Assembly: GCA_016223245.1 (NCBI GenBank)
Contig: JACRPL010000021.1
Location: 37,725-101,724 of the forward strand
Reading direction: 5' to 3'
From: Candidatus Saganbacteria bacterium
GTDB lineage: Bacteria; Margulisbacteria; WOR-1; XYC2-FULL-46-14; XYC2-FULL-37-10
DNA: 64,000 bases
Part shown: piece after piece, positions 42,846 through 54,235 of the stretch
How the letters are laid out: each line of letters begins with the position of its first letter
Numbering within the stretch: position 1 is the first letter of the stretch
The notes under the pieces: generated by a model
The model's input: the letters and a program-made list of their open reading frames with translations, nothing else
What the model was told of the DNA's origin: nothing
Databases searched by the model: none
Made by a program: the position numbers and the translations under genes

Positions 42846-45151
42846 CTCTTTGGCGACTCCATTTGAGTTTGTTCTTTTAGCGCTTTGTCAAACGTGTCAA
42901 AATAGAACCCTCGGCCTGTCTTATAACCGATCGGATCTCCCGGGAAAGCCTTAAGCGTGAACATCATTGCTATTTCCTTCCTGTAATCGGAATACGTATA
43001 GCTTATTTCCCAGCAGTGCAGATCCTTGGCTATCATGATATCACGAAGCTTCAGCTCTTTTGAAGCCGGTTCATATACATAGCCGTATTTGAATTTCCAA
43101 TGGTTGCCCCAATCTTTCTCGTCGGCGGTTTCCAGCTCTAAAAGCATATTCCCGTATTTTATGCCGCCAAAGTTCAGGTCGTTCACAAAACTTAAATTTG
43201 TCGAGAACTTGTCCCAAGGGAGCAGCCTGATATTAGAGCTTAGGTCGAGGTATTTTTGGTTTTCGATATCAAAACCCGATACAAAATTCATGTTTACGGC
43301 GTTTAACGGGCGGATCATCATGGAAGAGTCGTAATTAAAATATTTATTCGTCTCATAATTGTATCCGCATGAATTTGTCCAATTCCAATAGTTCCCATAA
43401 TAAAAAACCAACGTATCTCTTATATTGTGGTATTTTGTGGAAAATTTATCAAAAAAGAATGGCGAGTTCCCGTCGGATATACCCCTGGAATAACTCAAGT
43501 CATTTCTCATGAAATCATATCCCTGCGTTGATAAACCCGCATCTTCCCTGAATGCGTTCATCGCGTCGCCCGGGTCGTACAAAAATTGGTCAAGCCCAGC
43601 GCCAAGCCTGAAGGTTGTTCCCAAACCTAATGGGATCGATTTGTTGGCATTTATGGCCGCCTTATACCTCCCTGTCGAATAATCGCGGTTCGCGTTAATG
43701 CCCGACGCGTAATGTATTTCGTGGAACCATCCGTAATTGAGCGAAGAGCTAAGGCTTACAAGTTTTAGGTCGACAGGATTTAAGTTCAGGGTTATTTCTG
43801 GCTGTGTCTCAAGATATTGGTCGTTTGAATCCCCCGTATACAGGTTCCTATCAAGATCGATATGGGCGTTCTCGTAAAGCCGAAGATTATAAAATGAGCC
43901 TGAATTAATTATTTCGATATTCGGTTCGAACAGTTCGTCGCCGTATATCCCTGCGTTTTGTATGGCGCGGTAATATGCAGCATTAAAATTAAGCCTTGTG
44001 TTCCCAAGCGGAAGCTGCTGGCTATGGGACAACCTTTGGGTGTTCCTTATATATCTTCCGTCCCCTTTGCTTTGGTCCAAATTGAAGCCATAACTTGTAT
44101 TGGCAGACGAAAGCGAACGGTTGACCGAAAAGTCCAGATGTTCCTGGTTTCCGGCGCGGTTGTCGAAAACATTCATTGTAGAACTAAAATTTGCGTCAGT
44201 AGTCCCTGTCCCCGTATGGTTAAGGTTTATCGAATATGATGTTTGGCTTAGCCTTCCAGCGGGGATCTGATACATGTTGTTAAGCGCAAAAGCAAGCCCG
44301 AGCTTTGTTTTATCATTTATCCCGATGTTATGGTTTATTTTTGCGACCCAATCGGTCAATCCAGCGTCTGCTTCTTCAACATGATATAAATATAATGACC
44401 CGTTATTGTTTTGGTTGTTGTAATCATATGTAAATCCCTGTCCCGAGCTTTTTTTCTGCATTTCATCGAGAAATATCTGGCCGTGGGGGTATCCCCATGT
44501 TGTTTTGATAAAATCACCTTCCACATCGTTATGCCCAAACGACCAATTCCGGTCGCGTTTGCCATGCAAGTCGTAGACAAGAAAAGGCAGCCAAAATACG
44601 GGTATATCCATGATATATAATGTGTTGCTGTAGCCTATGATCTTATCTTCCGGGTAATACTCGACGCGCTTGGATGCAGAAAAATAATGCGGGTCGGACT
44701 TGTCGCAAGTAGTGACTTTCCCTTCTTGTCCGGTCATTTTATTCCTCAAATCGTTTATTTCGTCGGCTTTTAAGTAGAGGCTTCCTCGGACATTGGATGG
44801 GGATACTATGCTTTGAAAACCTTTATAAGAAGCGGTTTCTTGGCTTACCAAATAAAGCATCGAAGCGCATTGGGCGTCGTAATCAAGGCCCGACATCAAT
44901 ACGTTGCCTTCAGCCGTGACAATGTTTGTTTTTGTATCCATGATGAGCGAATCGGCGCGGATCGTAACGCGATCAAGCTTGACCTCGACCGATCCTTCAG
45001 CTCGAATTATACTTGTGCCCTCAATGTACTTTAGCTTTTCGGCTTTGATATTGACTGGTATCTCCTCTTCGGCAAATGCTGTTGTTGCGATAGAAATAAA
45101 TATTAATAATAATAGAAACCTTTTCACCACTTTGATTATATCAGAAAGCAT
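42842..45151 (-). CDS. lptD: LPS-assembly outer-membrane protein LptD (OstA family)
   Basis: Signal peptide, OstA-N jellyroll (IKAEKLKYIEGTSIIRAEGSVEV...ADSLIMDTKTNIVTAEGNV), then a large aromatic-rich beta-barrel region. Confidence 0.75.
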   Translation of the reverse strand: MLSDIIKVVKRFLLLLIFISIATTAFAEEEIPVNIKAEKLKYIEGTSIIRAEGSVEVKLDRVTIRADSLIMDTKTNIVTAEGNVLMSGLDYDAQCASMLYLVSQETASYKGFQSIVSPSNVRGSLYLKADEINDLRNKMTGQEGKVTTCDKSDPHYFSASKRVEYYPEDKIIGYSNTLYIMDIPVFWLPFLVYDLHGKRDRNWSFGHNDVEGDFIKTTWGYPHGQIFLDEMQKKSSGQGFTYDYNNQNNNGSLYLYHVEEADAGLTDWVAKINHNIGINDKTKLGLAFALNNMYQIPAGRLSQTSYSINLNHTGTGTTDANFSSTMNVFDNRAGNQEHLDFSVNRSLSSANTSYGFNLDQSKGDGRYIRNTQRLSHSQQLPLGNTRLNFNAAYYRAIQNAGIYGDELFEPNIEIINSGSFYNLRLYENAHIDLDRNLYTGDSNDQYLETQPEITLNLNPVDLKLVSLSSSLNYGWFHEIHYASGINANRDYSTGRYKAAINANKSIPLGLGTTFRLGAGLDQFLYDPGDAMNAFREDAGLSTQGYDFMRNDLSYSRGISDGNSPFFFDKFSTKYHNIRDTLVFYYGNYWNWTNSCGYNYETNKYFNYDSSMMIRPLNAVNMNFVSGFDIENQKYLDLSSNIRLLPWDKFSTNLSFVNDLNFGGIKYGNMLLELETADEKDWGNHWKFKYGYVYEPASKELKLRDIMIAKDLHCWEISYTYSDYRKEIAMMFTLKAFPGDPIGYKTGRGFYFDTFDKALKEQTQMESPKR

Positions 45152-45165
45152 GATAAAATATCATT

Positions 45166-45396
45166 ATGCGCCTGCCTAAGGAATTCAAAAAATACTTTTG
45201 GGATGTCGATTTTAACAAGCTGTCCTATAAAAAATACCCTAAATTTGTCTTAAGCAGAATAATGCAATATGGAGATCTTTTTGCCCTTAAATGGCTGATG
45301 AAGATGCCAAAAAGAACAATTCTTGGTGTAGCGAGGACTAGCAGGGAAATTGATGACAAAACAAAGAACTATTGGGAAACAGTCTATGGGAGATAA
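45166..45396 (+). CDS. Small protein, putative antitoxin partner of the AbiEii-like NTase (DUF6922-like, from memory)
   Basis: 76 aa with FWDVDFNKL...RIMQYGDLFALKWL. Overlaps the downstream NTase gene by 11 nt. Confidence 0.45.
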   Translation: MRLPKEFKKYFWDVDFNKLSYKKYPKFVLSRIMQYGDLFALKWLMKMPKRTILGVARTSREIDDKTKNYWETVYGR

Positions 45397-46030
45397 ATTC
45401 CACTTAGAGATATTGCCAAAAAGACAACGGATCTTATTTGATGTTTTTTCCCGGTCCGACTGGATATCGCAATTTTATTTGGCAGGAGGCACGTCGTTAG
45501 CTCTGCAGATCGCGCATAGAAGATCAATTGATTTCGACTTTTTTTCGGAACAAGAATTCGATACTAGGCTTGTAAAAGAAAAACTCGCAAAAATCGGCGA
45601 TTACCAAATATTATCAGAGTCGGAACAAATACTTGACGGCCGATTGAATGATGTCCGCGCATCTTTTTTTAATTTGCCTTTTCGCTTGATAAGACCCGTC
45701 AAAAATTTCTGGAAATTACGGATCATTTCTAAAGAAGATGCTGCTGCAATGAAATTGAGCGCGATTTCTATGAGAGGCAGCAGGAAGGATTTTATTGATA
45801 TTTATTTTCTATTAAAAGAGTTTTCATTGGAGCAAATGTTCGATTATTTTAGGCAGAAATACGGAGAAAACAAAGAAAATATTTTTTGTGCGTTAAAGGG
45901 GCTTGTTTATTTTAACGATGCGGAAGAAATGCCAATGCCAAGCATGATCCGTCATGTTGTTTGGGGAAATATCAAGAAAACAATTTTGTCCGCCCATAAA
46001 AAGTATATCGACACACTTAGAAACGAATAA
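45386..46030 (+). CDS. Nucleotidyltransferase, AbiEii/AbiGii toxin-like
   Basis: FYLAGGTSLALQIAHRRSIDFDFF (G-G-T...S-x-D-x-D) and a downstream KDFIDIYFL motif. Start taken at ATG 45386. Confidence 0.6.
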   Translation: MGDKFHLEILPKRQRILFDVFSRSDWISQFYLAGGTSLALQIAHRRSIDFDFFSEQEFDTRLVKEKLAKIGDYQILSESEQILDGRLNDVRASFFNLPFRLIRPVKNFWKLRIISKEDAAAMKLSAISMRGSRKDFIDIYFLLKEFSLEQMFDYFRQKYGENKENIFCALKGLVYFNDAEEMPMPSMIRHVVWGNIKKTILSAHKKYIDTLRNE

Positions 46031-46034
46031 TTTT

Positions 46035-47483
46035 GTGTTTGACGACTTTCAAATCAAAGGCCTCTCCTATGATTCCCGTAAAGTAAAACCAGGCGATGTG
46101 TTTGTCGCGATCCCCGGTTCAAATGTTGACGGCTATGATTTTATTCTACAGGCGATCGAAAATGGAGCACGAGCGGTTGTGGCCGAAAAAGATTTTCCCG
46201 CGCCGTCACATGTTCAAAAATTAATTGTTCAGAATGCACGGCAAGCATTGGCGGAACTTTCAAATAGATTCTATGATTATCCGTCAAAGAAGCTCAAATT
46301 GATCGGTGTAACCGGGACTAACGGCAAAACAACGATCTCATATTTGATCGAATCGATATTAACAACTGCGGGTTTCAAGGTTGGATTAATTGGGACGATC
46401 GAAACAAGAATAGCCGGCAGGCCGATCGAATCAAATCTAACAACTCCGGAATCCCTAGAACTCCAAGCCTTGCTCTCGCAAATGGAAAAAGAGGGCGTTA
46501 CGCATGTTGTTATGGAAGTTTCTTCCCATTCTTTAGCACAATATCGGGTTTACGGATGTGGGTTCGATGTAGCGATCTATACCAATTTAACCCATGACCA
46601 TTTGGATTTCCACAAGACAATGGGACAATATTTAGAAGAAAAGAAAAAACTTTTTAGGATGCTTAAGCCTGAAGGCTTGGCTATTGTGAATATTGATGAC
46701 CCATACGCGAACGAAATAATATCCGAGGTCGAAAATGAAGTAATATTCTATGGCATAAAAGAGGCTAAGCATGAACTTAAAAGCGCAAAATATAGTGAAT
46801 TGGACCTTCAGTTTAAAGATTATTCTTTCGATCTGGACCAAATGCGCATAAAGATCGATTCTTTGGAAATAATGACTCAATTGATCGGTACATATAATGT
46901 ATATAATGTTTTGGCGGCATATCAGTGCGGCCTTTCTTTCAATCTAAGCCGCGATATTATTAAAAATGGTATTGAGAAAACAGTAGTGTCTGGGCGGATG
47001 GAAAGGATCGAAAACAATAAAGGCATCAAGATAATTGTAGATTTCGCACATTCACCTGATGCTCTGCAAAAACTTCTTGAAACCCTTAAACCATATGCTA
47101 AAGGCAATCTGATATTAGTTTTTGGTTGTCCTGGCGATCGCGATCGCGATAAGCGCCCGATCATGGGGAAAATTGCTTCTGATTTGGCGGATCACGTGAT
47201 TGTAACAACAGACGATCCGCACACCGAACCTCCTGGTCAAATAATATCTGAGATATTAAGCGGAATGACAAATGACAAATTTCAAATGTCAAATTATGAA
47301 GCAATTCAAGATCGAAGAGATGCGATCGAAAAAGCTTTGAGTATCGCCAAGAAAGGAGACATTTTGGTCATCGCGGGCCGCGGGCACGAGAAATTTCAGG
47401 ATTTTAGTGGGAAGAAGGTTCTGATCGATGATAGGGAAGTTGTGAGGGGATTTTTTAGGAGCGATAAAGTTGGAAAAAGTTAA
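46035..47483 (+). CDS. murE: UDP-N-acetylmuramoyl-L-alanyl-D-glutamate--2,6-diaminopimelate ligase
   Basis: DSRKVKPGDVFVA, P-loop GVTGTNGKTT, and a DNPR-type motif region. Start set at GTG 46035, after the upstream stop. The N-terminus is short. Confidence 0.9.
   Translation: MFDDFQIKGLSYDSRKVKPGDVFVAIPGSNVDGYDFILQAIENGARAVVAEKDFPAPSHVQKLIVQNARQALAELSNRFYDYPSKKLKLIGVTGTNGKTTISYLIESILTTAGFKVGLIGTIETRIAGRPIESNLTTPESLELQALLSQMEKEGVTHVVMEVSSHSLAQYRVYGCGFDVAIYTNLTHDHLDFHKTMGQYLEEKKKLFRMLKPEGLAIVNIDDPYANEIISEVENEVIFYGIKEAKHELKSAKYSELDLQFKDYSFDLDQMRIKIDSLEIMTQLIGTYNVYNVLAAYQCGLSFNLSRDIIKNGIEKTVVSGRMERIENNKGIKIIVDFAHSPDALQKLLETLKPYAKGNLILVFGCPGDRDRDKRPIMGKIASDLADHVIVTTDDPHTEPPGQIISEILSGMTNDKFQMSNYEAIQDRRDAIEKALSIAKKGDILVIAGRGHEKFQDFSGKKVLIDDREVVRGFFRSDKVGKS
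47264..47295. repeat. Dispersed oligo-repeat, GACAAATGTCAAAT family, in frame inside murE
   Basis: aatgacaaatgacaaatttcaaatgtcaaatt encodes MTNDKFQMSN. Same length as the intergenic copy at 7274-7305 and the same 3' end (caaatgtcaaatt). Confidence 0.8.
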
Positions 47484-48642
47484 GGTTGCGATAATTGGCG
47501 CGGGGGTCGTTGGGCTTGCAATTGCCGAAACTCTTTCAAGAAAGATCGACGGAGATATTGTTGTCTTTGAAAAGCATGATAAGTTCGGGCAAGAAACAAG
47601 CAGCCGCAACAGCGAAGTGATCCATGCAGGGATCTATTACCCAAAAAATTCTTTGAAAAGCGCATTATGCCTGCGCGGCAATAAAATGCTATATGACATA
47701 TGTAAAAAAGAAGGCATCAAATATAAAAATTGCGACAAATTAATTATATCAACTAACGATAGCGAAGCAAAAAGGATCCTGTCAATTCACGAAAACGCGG
47801 TTTCAGTTGGCGTTCCAGGGCTAAGTCTTCTTACAAAAAACGAAATTGCCGATCTTGAGCCTAATATTTTCGCATTAAATGGAATATTTTCTGAAACAAC
47901 GGGGATCATTGATTCTCACGGGCTTATGAACTACTTGTGTAAATCTTCTGAATCAAATGGCGCGATGTTCTCGTTTGGAAATGAAGTCACAGGGATTGTG
48001 AGGAGAGGGGCGGGAGGAGGGGGCCTGCCTGCCGGACAGGCAGGGAGTAGCACAGATTCTGGATACATATTAAGGACAAGTGATGGCGAAGAAATTTTAT
48101 CGGAATTTGTAATTAATTCTGCGGGGCTTTTGTCTGATAAGATCGCCCGAATGGCAGGGTTTGATATTGATGCTTTGCACTACAACTTGCATTTTTGCAA
48201 AGGAGATTATTTCTCGATCAAAGGTTCATCAGGAAAACTAAATCATCTTGTGTATCCTGTTCCGCATGAAAAAGGGCATGGATTGGGGGTTCATGCAACG
48301 CTTGATCTGGATGGATATATTAGGCTTGGGCCTGACACCGAATATGTTGATAGAATATATTACGATATCGATCCAAAAAAGAGATTGGATTTTTATAAGG
48401 CGGCTAAAACATATCTTCCTTGGCTAAATGAAGAAATGCTGGCTCCAGATACTTCCGGAATGAGGCCAAAACTCCAAGGCCCAGATGACGCCATGCCTGA
48501 CGGCAGGCAGGGGTTCAGGGATTTTATTATAAAAGAAGAATCGGAAAACGGATTTCCTGGATTTATTAATCTGATAGGAATTGAATCTCCCGGGCTAACG
48601 AGTTGTTTGGCTATTGGAAAATTCATCTTGAATTTGTTATAA
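47470..48642 (+). CDS. FAD-dependent oxidoreductase (L-2-hydroxyglutarate oxidase LhgO-like)
   Basis: Dinucleotide fold VAIIGAGVVGLAIA with the DAO-family layout. Contains two hairpin-derived inserts. Confidence 0.78.
   Translation: MEKVKVAIIGAGVVGLAIAETLSRKIDGDIVVFEKHDKFGQETSSRNSEVIHAGIYYPKNSLKSALCLRGNKMLYDICKKEGIKYKNCDKLIISTNDSEAKRILSIHENAVSVGVPGLSLLTKNEIADLEPNIFALNGIFSETTGIIDSHGLMNYLCKSSESNGAMFSFGNEVTGIVRRGAGGGGLPAGQAGSSTDSGYILRTSDGEEILSEFVINSAGLLSDKIARMAGFDIDALHYNLHFCKGDYFSIKGSSGKLNHLVYPVPHEKGHGLGVHATLDLDGYIRLGPDTEYVDRIYYDIDPKKRLDFYKAAKTYLPWLNEEMLAPDTSGMRPKLQGPDDAMPDGRQGFRDFIIKEESENGFPGFINLIGIESPGLTSCLAIGKFILNLL
48024..48044. repeat. CCTGCC/GGCAGG hairpin in frame inside the oxidoreductase
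   Basis: cctgcctg-ccgga-caggcagg (8-bp stem) within a G-rich insert encoding RRGAGGGGLPAGQAGSST. Confidence 0.75.
48494..48509. repeat. CCTGCC/GGCAGG hairpin in frame inside the oxidoreductase (second copy)
   Basis: tgcctg-acgg-caggca encodes MPDGRQG. Confidence 0.7.
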
Positions 48643-48646
48643 TAGA

Positions 48647-49018
48647 TTGAGCGAGGTGCTTGCAATGGGAATTACGTTTATCGAAGGAAAAGTTAAAGGT
48701 CCCGACGGAATCGAAAAAAATGTGCGTTTTTTGGTTGACAGCGGCGCTACCTATTCATTGCTTCCCAAAGTGGATTGGCAGGAGATCAATTTAACGCCGA
48801 AACGCGAGGTAACTTTTTCGCTGGCTGACGGCAGTAAGATAATGCGAAAGGTTTCGGAATGTTATTTTGAATTGCCTCAAGGGGAAGGACATGCGCCGGT
48901 AATTTTGGGCGAGAATGGCGACGAGGCTCTATTAGGAGCCGTGACGCTTGAGGTCTTAGGCCTGGTGCTTGACCCGTTTAAGCGGACACTGCAGCCAATG
49001 CACATGCTGTTAGCATAA
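48647..49018 (+). CDS. Retropepsin-like (clan AA) aspartic protease
   Basis: 123 aa with the FLVDSGATYSLLP active-site motif and C-terminal LLGAVTLEVLGLVLDP. Confidence 0.65.
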   Translation: MSEVLAMGITFIEGKVKGPDGIEKNVRFLVDSGATYSLLPKVDWQEINLTPKREVTFSLADGSKIMRKVSECYFELPQGEGHAPVILGENGDEALLGAVTLEVLGLVLDPFKRTLQPMHMLLA

Positions 49019-49045
49019 TAAACCAATGTCTGCTTGATCAACCAT

Positions 49046-49074
49046 TTGTAGGCTAGCTTTGCCCATGGTATAAT
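49046..49074 (+). promoter_or_regulatory. Sigma-70-type promoter for the polysaccharide export operon
   Basis: TTGTAG (49046-51), 17-nt spacer, TATAAT (49069-74) with an upstream TGG. Lies 30 nt before the wza-like start. Confidence 0.45.
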
Positions 49075-49103
49075 TACTAAATTAAGAAAGCGAGGGAATA
49101 ATA

Positions 49104-51296
49104 TTGTTTAAGAATAAGGCTATGTTGAAGTATTGTTCGGTATTTCTTTTATTGATCTTTTCCTGCCCTTGTTTTGCTGAAGTCCAAATATCAGATGTGT
49201 TATCGAATCCCGCGGCAAGGCAAGCCGCTCAAGATTATATAAACACCCAGAATCCAGCACAAGATAATGTTAATGTCGCAACAGAAAAATATACTTCTGA
49301 AAATAGAGCTGTTAATGCCCAAAAAGGTAATGCCCCAAAAAAATATTATGATGAGAATTATAATCCAACACTTGAGATAAAGGGAAAGATTTCTGGCTTG
49401 GAAGCAATGTTCTCTGAATCTGTTTCTCTTGAGGGTTTTTCTGAAATAAAACAGTTTGGGTATGATATTTTTAACAAATCCGCTTCGAATTTTATCTCTC
49501 CCCAAAAAAATACTCCGGTCGGCGATAATTATTCTATAGGGCCTGGAGACAGTTTTGATGTGACAATGTGGGGGGTTAGCGAGGGAACTTTCAAAGTTAC
49601 TGTCAATCCAAATGGAGAAATAACTCTACCTAAAGTTGGCTTGGTTTCTGTCGCAGGTTTAAGTTATTCGCAGCTAAAGCCTTTTCTTGAATCCCAGCTT
49701 AATAGGTTTTATCAGGGGATAAATCTTGGGATAACCTTCGATACAATTAAAACTATACAGGTTTATGTCGTTGGCGAAGTGAAACAACCGGGAAGCTATC
49801 CTATAAGTTCTCTTTCCTCCGCATTTAATGCATTATTTTACGCAGGAGGGCCGACAAAACAAGGTTCTTTGCGCGATGTGAGGATATTGCGCAATGGAAA
49901 GGTTGTTGCGCGTTTAGATCTTTATAAGTTTCTCTTAAAAGGCGACAATAGCCAAGACGTTGCATTAAGAGCGGGCGATACTGTTTTTGTCCCGTTGATA
50001 GGCGGCGTTGTGGCAGTTGCCGGTAATGTAAAGCGTCCTGCAATATATGAGGTAAAAGGAACGGTGGATCTTTCTGATATTTTGTCTTTGGCAGGGGAAG
50101 TCAACCCTTCGAGTTATTTGAACCGCATTCAGATCGAACGGATTGTTGCCCATCAAAAAAAGATAGTTATCGACAAAGAGATATCAATTGCTGATGCAGC
50201 AGGGAATTTGGGGATCCCAGTCCAAAATATGGACCTGGTGAAAATATTCCCGATCTATGCGCAAGTGAACAATAAAATATACGTCAAAGGCGCCGTGAAA
50301 TATCCCGGGAGTTACGCGTACAAAGAAGGGATTAGGCTGCTGGATATTCTAAATGAAGACGCTCTTGTTTCATATTATTATTTTCCCAAAATTGAGGTAA
50401 CCCGCATAATAAGCAGCCATTCTTTTAAAATAGATATTTACGATGTTGATTATGATAAATTATTCAAAGAAAAAGATGATTCCTCAAATATTTATTTGCA
50501 GCCAGGGGATGTAATAAGCATTTTCGCTTCAAAAAAGAATGCGGAGAAAATCACAGTACAGGGCGAGATTAAGCGACCTGGTGAATATGTTGTAAGGGAT
50601 GGGGAGAGGATAAGCTCTGTTCTTGAGCGCGCAGGCGGCTATAATGATTCCGCATTTTTATACGGGGCAATTTTAACAAGAAAAAATGCCATTGATATCG
50701 AATCGGAAAACTATTCCAAAATGGTCGGTAATTTGGAATTGGACCTTTTGCGCAAGCAAAGGGAGCTTTCTTCAAGTTTTGTGGTAAAAGAGGATATCGC
50801 GACCCGCCAAATGTCCTTTGCGCAGACCAGGCAAATTGTTGATTTCATGAAATCAGCCTCTATGAAAGGAAGAGTTATCATCAACTTGGATTCAATAGAA
50901 AAATTAAAAAACAGCCCGAATGATATTGAGATCGAGGATGGGGATGTGCTGTATATTCCAAAAACTCCAAAAAGCGTAATCGTCCTTGGCCAGGTTTATC
51001 ACCAAACCGCCGTAGCTTTCGACCATAAAAAGAACGGCAGGGGTTATGTCGACATGGCAGGGGGGGCGACTAATACCGCGAACGAAGGGGATGCATATGT
51101 AATAAGGGCTAACGGGTCTGTTATTAGCAATCGGCAGGGGGTTAATATTTATTCATCAAAGCTTTTCCCCGGCGATACAATTATTATTCCAGAAAAGATT
51201 GATACAAGAAGCATTTGGTCTGTGTTCCAGGACTTTACCCATTGGGCTTACGAGGCCGTTGTGTCGGCAATTGTACTTAAGAAAATATTGCAGTAG
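49104..51296 (+). CDS. Polysaccharide export protein (Wza/SLBB-domain family)
   Basis: Signal peptide, Poly_export motif (YSIGPGDSFDVTMWG), then repeated SLBB-like modules (GEVKQPGSY, GAVKYPGSY, GEIKRPGEY). 730 aa. Confidence 0.8.
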   Translation: MFKNKAMLKYCSVFLLLIFSCPCFAEVQISDVLSNPAARQAAQDYINTQNPAQDNVNVATEKYTSENRAVNAQKGNAPKKYYDENYNPTLEIKGKISGLEAMFSESVSLEGFSEIKQFGYDIFNKSASNFISPQKNTPVGDNYSIGPGDSFDVTMWGVSEGTFKVTVNPNGEITLPKVGLVSVAGLSYSQLKPFLESQLNRFYQGINLGITFDTIKTIQVYVVGEVKQPGSYPISSLSSAFNALFYAGGPTKQGSLRDVRILRNGKVVARLDLYKFLLKGDNSQDVALRAGDTVFVPLIGGVVAVAGNVKRPAIYEVKGTVDLSDILSLAGEVNPSSYLNRIQIERIVAHQKKIVIDKEISIADAAGNLGIPVQNMDLVKIFPIYAQVNNKIYVKGAVKYPGSYAYKEGIRLLDILNEDALVSYYYFPKIEVTRIISSHSFKIDIYDVDYDKLFKEKDDSSNIYLQPGDVISIFASKKNAEKITVQGEIKRPGEYVVRDGERISSVLERAGGYNDSAFLYGAILTRKNAIDIESENYSKMVGNLELDLLRKQRELSSSFVVKEDIATRQMSFAQTRQIVDFMKSASMKGRVIINLDSIEKLKNSPNDIEIEDGDVLYIPKTPKSVIVLGQVYHQTAVAFDHKKNGRGYVDMAGGATNTANEGDAYVIRANGSVISNRQGVNIYSSKLFPGDTIIIPEKIDTRSIWSVFQDFTHWAYEAVVSAIVLKKILQ

Positions 51297-51305
51297 AAGG
51301 GATTT

Positions 51306-51971
51306 ATGGAAGACGAGATTAATATTGTTGATTATTTAAGGGTTGTAAATAAGAGGAAATGGGTGATCCTCATTTTTATAGTAGCTGGCGCGGCAACCAT
51401 GTTTTTTCAAACATTATCTGCTCCAAAACTTTATAAGGCTGAAGTGACATTCCTTTCTTTAGGTTCGAATATTGGGAATCTGTCACAAGCTTTTTCATCA
51501 CTTGGTTTAGGCGGCGGGGGACAGGGTGAAGGGGCGAATATCGACACTATATTAAAAAGCCGCACCTTATCTCGCATGGTTGCACAACATGAAGGTTTGA
51601 AAAAAATTGTATTTAAAGAATTGTGGGATGCACAAAATAATAGGTGGCTTGATAGAGAGCCTACCCTTGATGAAGCCGCTTCTGCGGTTAGTGGTGGAAT
51701 TTCGGAAGGAAGCCAAACACATATTGAAGTTGTGTGGAATAATGCTGAAACTGCAGCCAATATTGCCAATACTTATGCAATAGAGCTAATAAGATTTTTG
51801 AATCAAAAATCCATTGGGGTAAACCTACAGATCTTAGATGAAGCACAACCACCAAAGGCGCCTTTTAATAAAAAATCAAATCTTAGTGCATTTATTGGCG
51901 GGATATTTGGATTGTTTATTGGTCTTTTCTTAACATTTTCATTGGAATATTGGTTAAACATTAAAAAGTAG
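51306..51971 (+). CDS. Wzz-type chain-length determinant protein (no kinase domain)
   Basis: N-terminal Wzz motif INIVDYLRVVNKRKWVIL plus TM, periplasmic helical region, and a C-terminal TM. Confidence 0.7.
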   Translation: MEDEINIVDYLRVVNKRKWVILIFIVAGAATMFFQTLSAPKLYKAEVTFLSLGSNIGNLSQAFSSLGLGGGGQGEGANIDTILKSRTLSRMVAQHEGLKKIVFKELWDAQNNRWLDREPTLDEAASAVSGGISEGSQTHIEVVWNNAETAANIANTYAIELIRFLNQKSIGVNLQILDEAQPPKAPFNKKSNLSAFIGGIFGLFIGLFLTFSLEYWLNIKK

Positions 51972-52008
51972 CCGCCGCTTACTAATTCTGACAAGAATAG
52001 TTGTACTC

Positions 52009-52036
52009 TTGACAAGATTTGAATATGGCATATAAT
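52009..52036 (+). promoter_or_regulatory. Consensus sigma-70 promoter giving a leaderless mRNA for the HTH gene
   Basis: TTGACA (52009-14), 16-nt spacer, TATAAT (52031-36). The ATG at 52043 begins 7 nt after the -10, with no room for a Shine-Dalgarno. Confidence 0.55.
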
Positions 52037-52042
52037 TAATAT

Positions 52043-52264
52043 ATGCTTGTTGATGAAAAAGAAATCTATACTCCACAGGAAGTCATATCAATTCTAAAAG
52101 TTTCAGATTCCACTTTTCGCAGGCTGGTCCGAAAAGGGATACTTCGTGCAGGTAAAATTGGAGGACAATACCGAGTCCTTGGAAAGCATATTTTGCAATT
52201 ATTGAATCCTGAATTGCCTGAAGAAGTTAAAAAAACATATAAAAACATAATTTCTAAGATATGA
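52043..52264 (+). CDS. Excisionase/MerR-family helix-turn-helix DNA-binding protein
   Basis: YTPQEVISILKVSDSTFRRLVRKGILRAGKIGGQYRV is the excisionase-type HTH_17 pattern. 73 aa. Confidence 0.7.
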   Translation: MLVDEKEIYTPQEVISILKVSDSTFRRLVRKGILRAGKIGGQYRVLGKHILQLLNPELPEEVKKTYKNIISKI

Positions 52265-52295
52265 TCATTTATTTTTTTAAACGAGATAATATGTT

Positions 52296-54234
<1,939 letters not shown>

Positions 54235-54235
54235 A

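Noticed and set aside
52043-52264. Excisionase-type HTH as evidence for a prophage or integrative element
   Set aside because: No integrase, recombinase, att-like repeats or phage genes are in the window. I treat it only as a regulator at the island edge.
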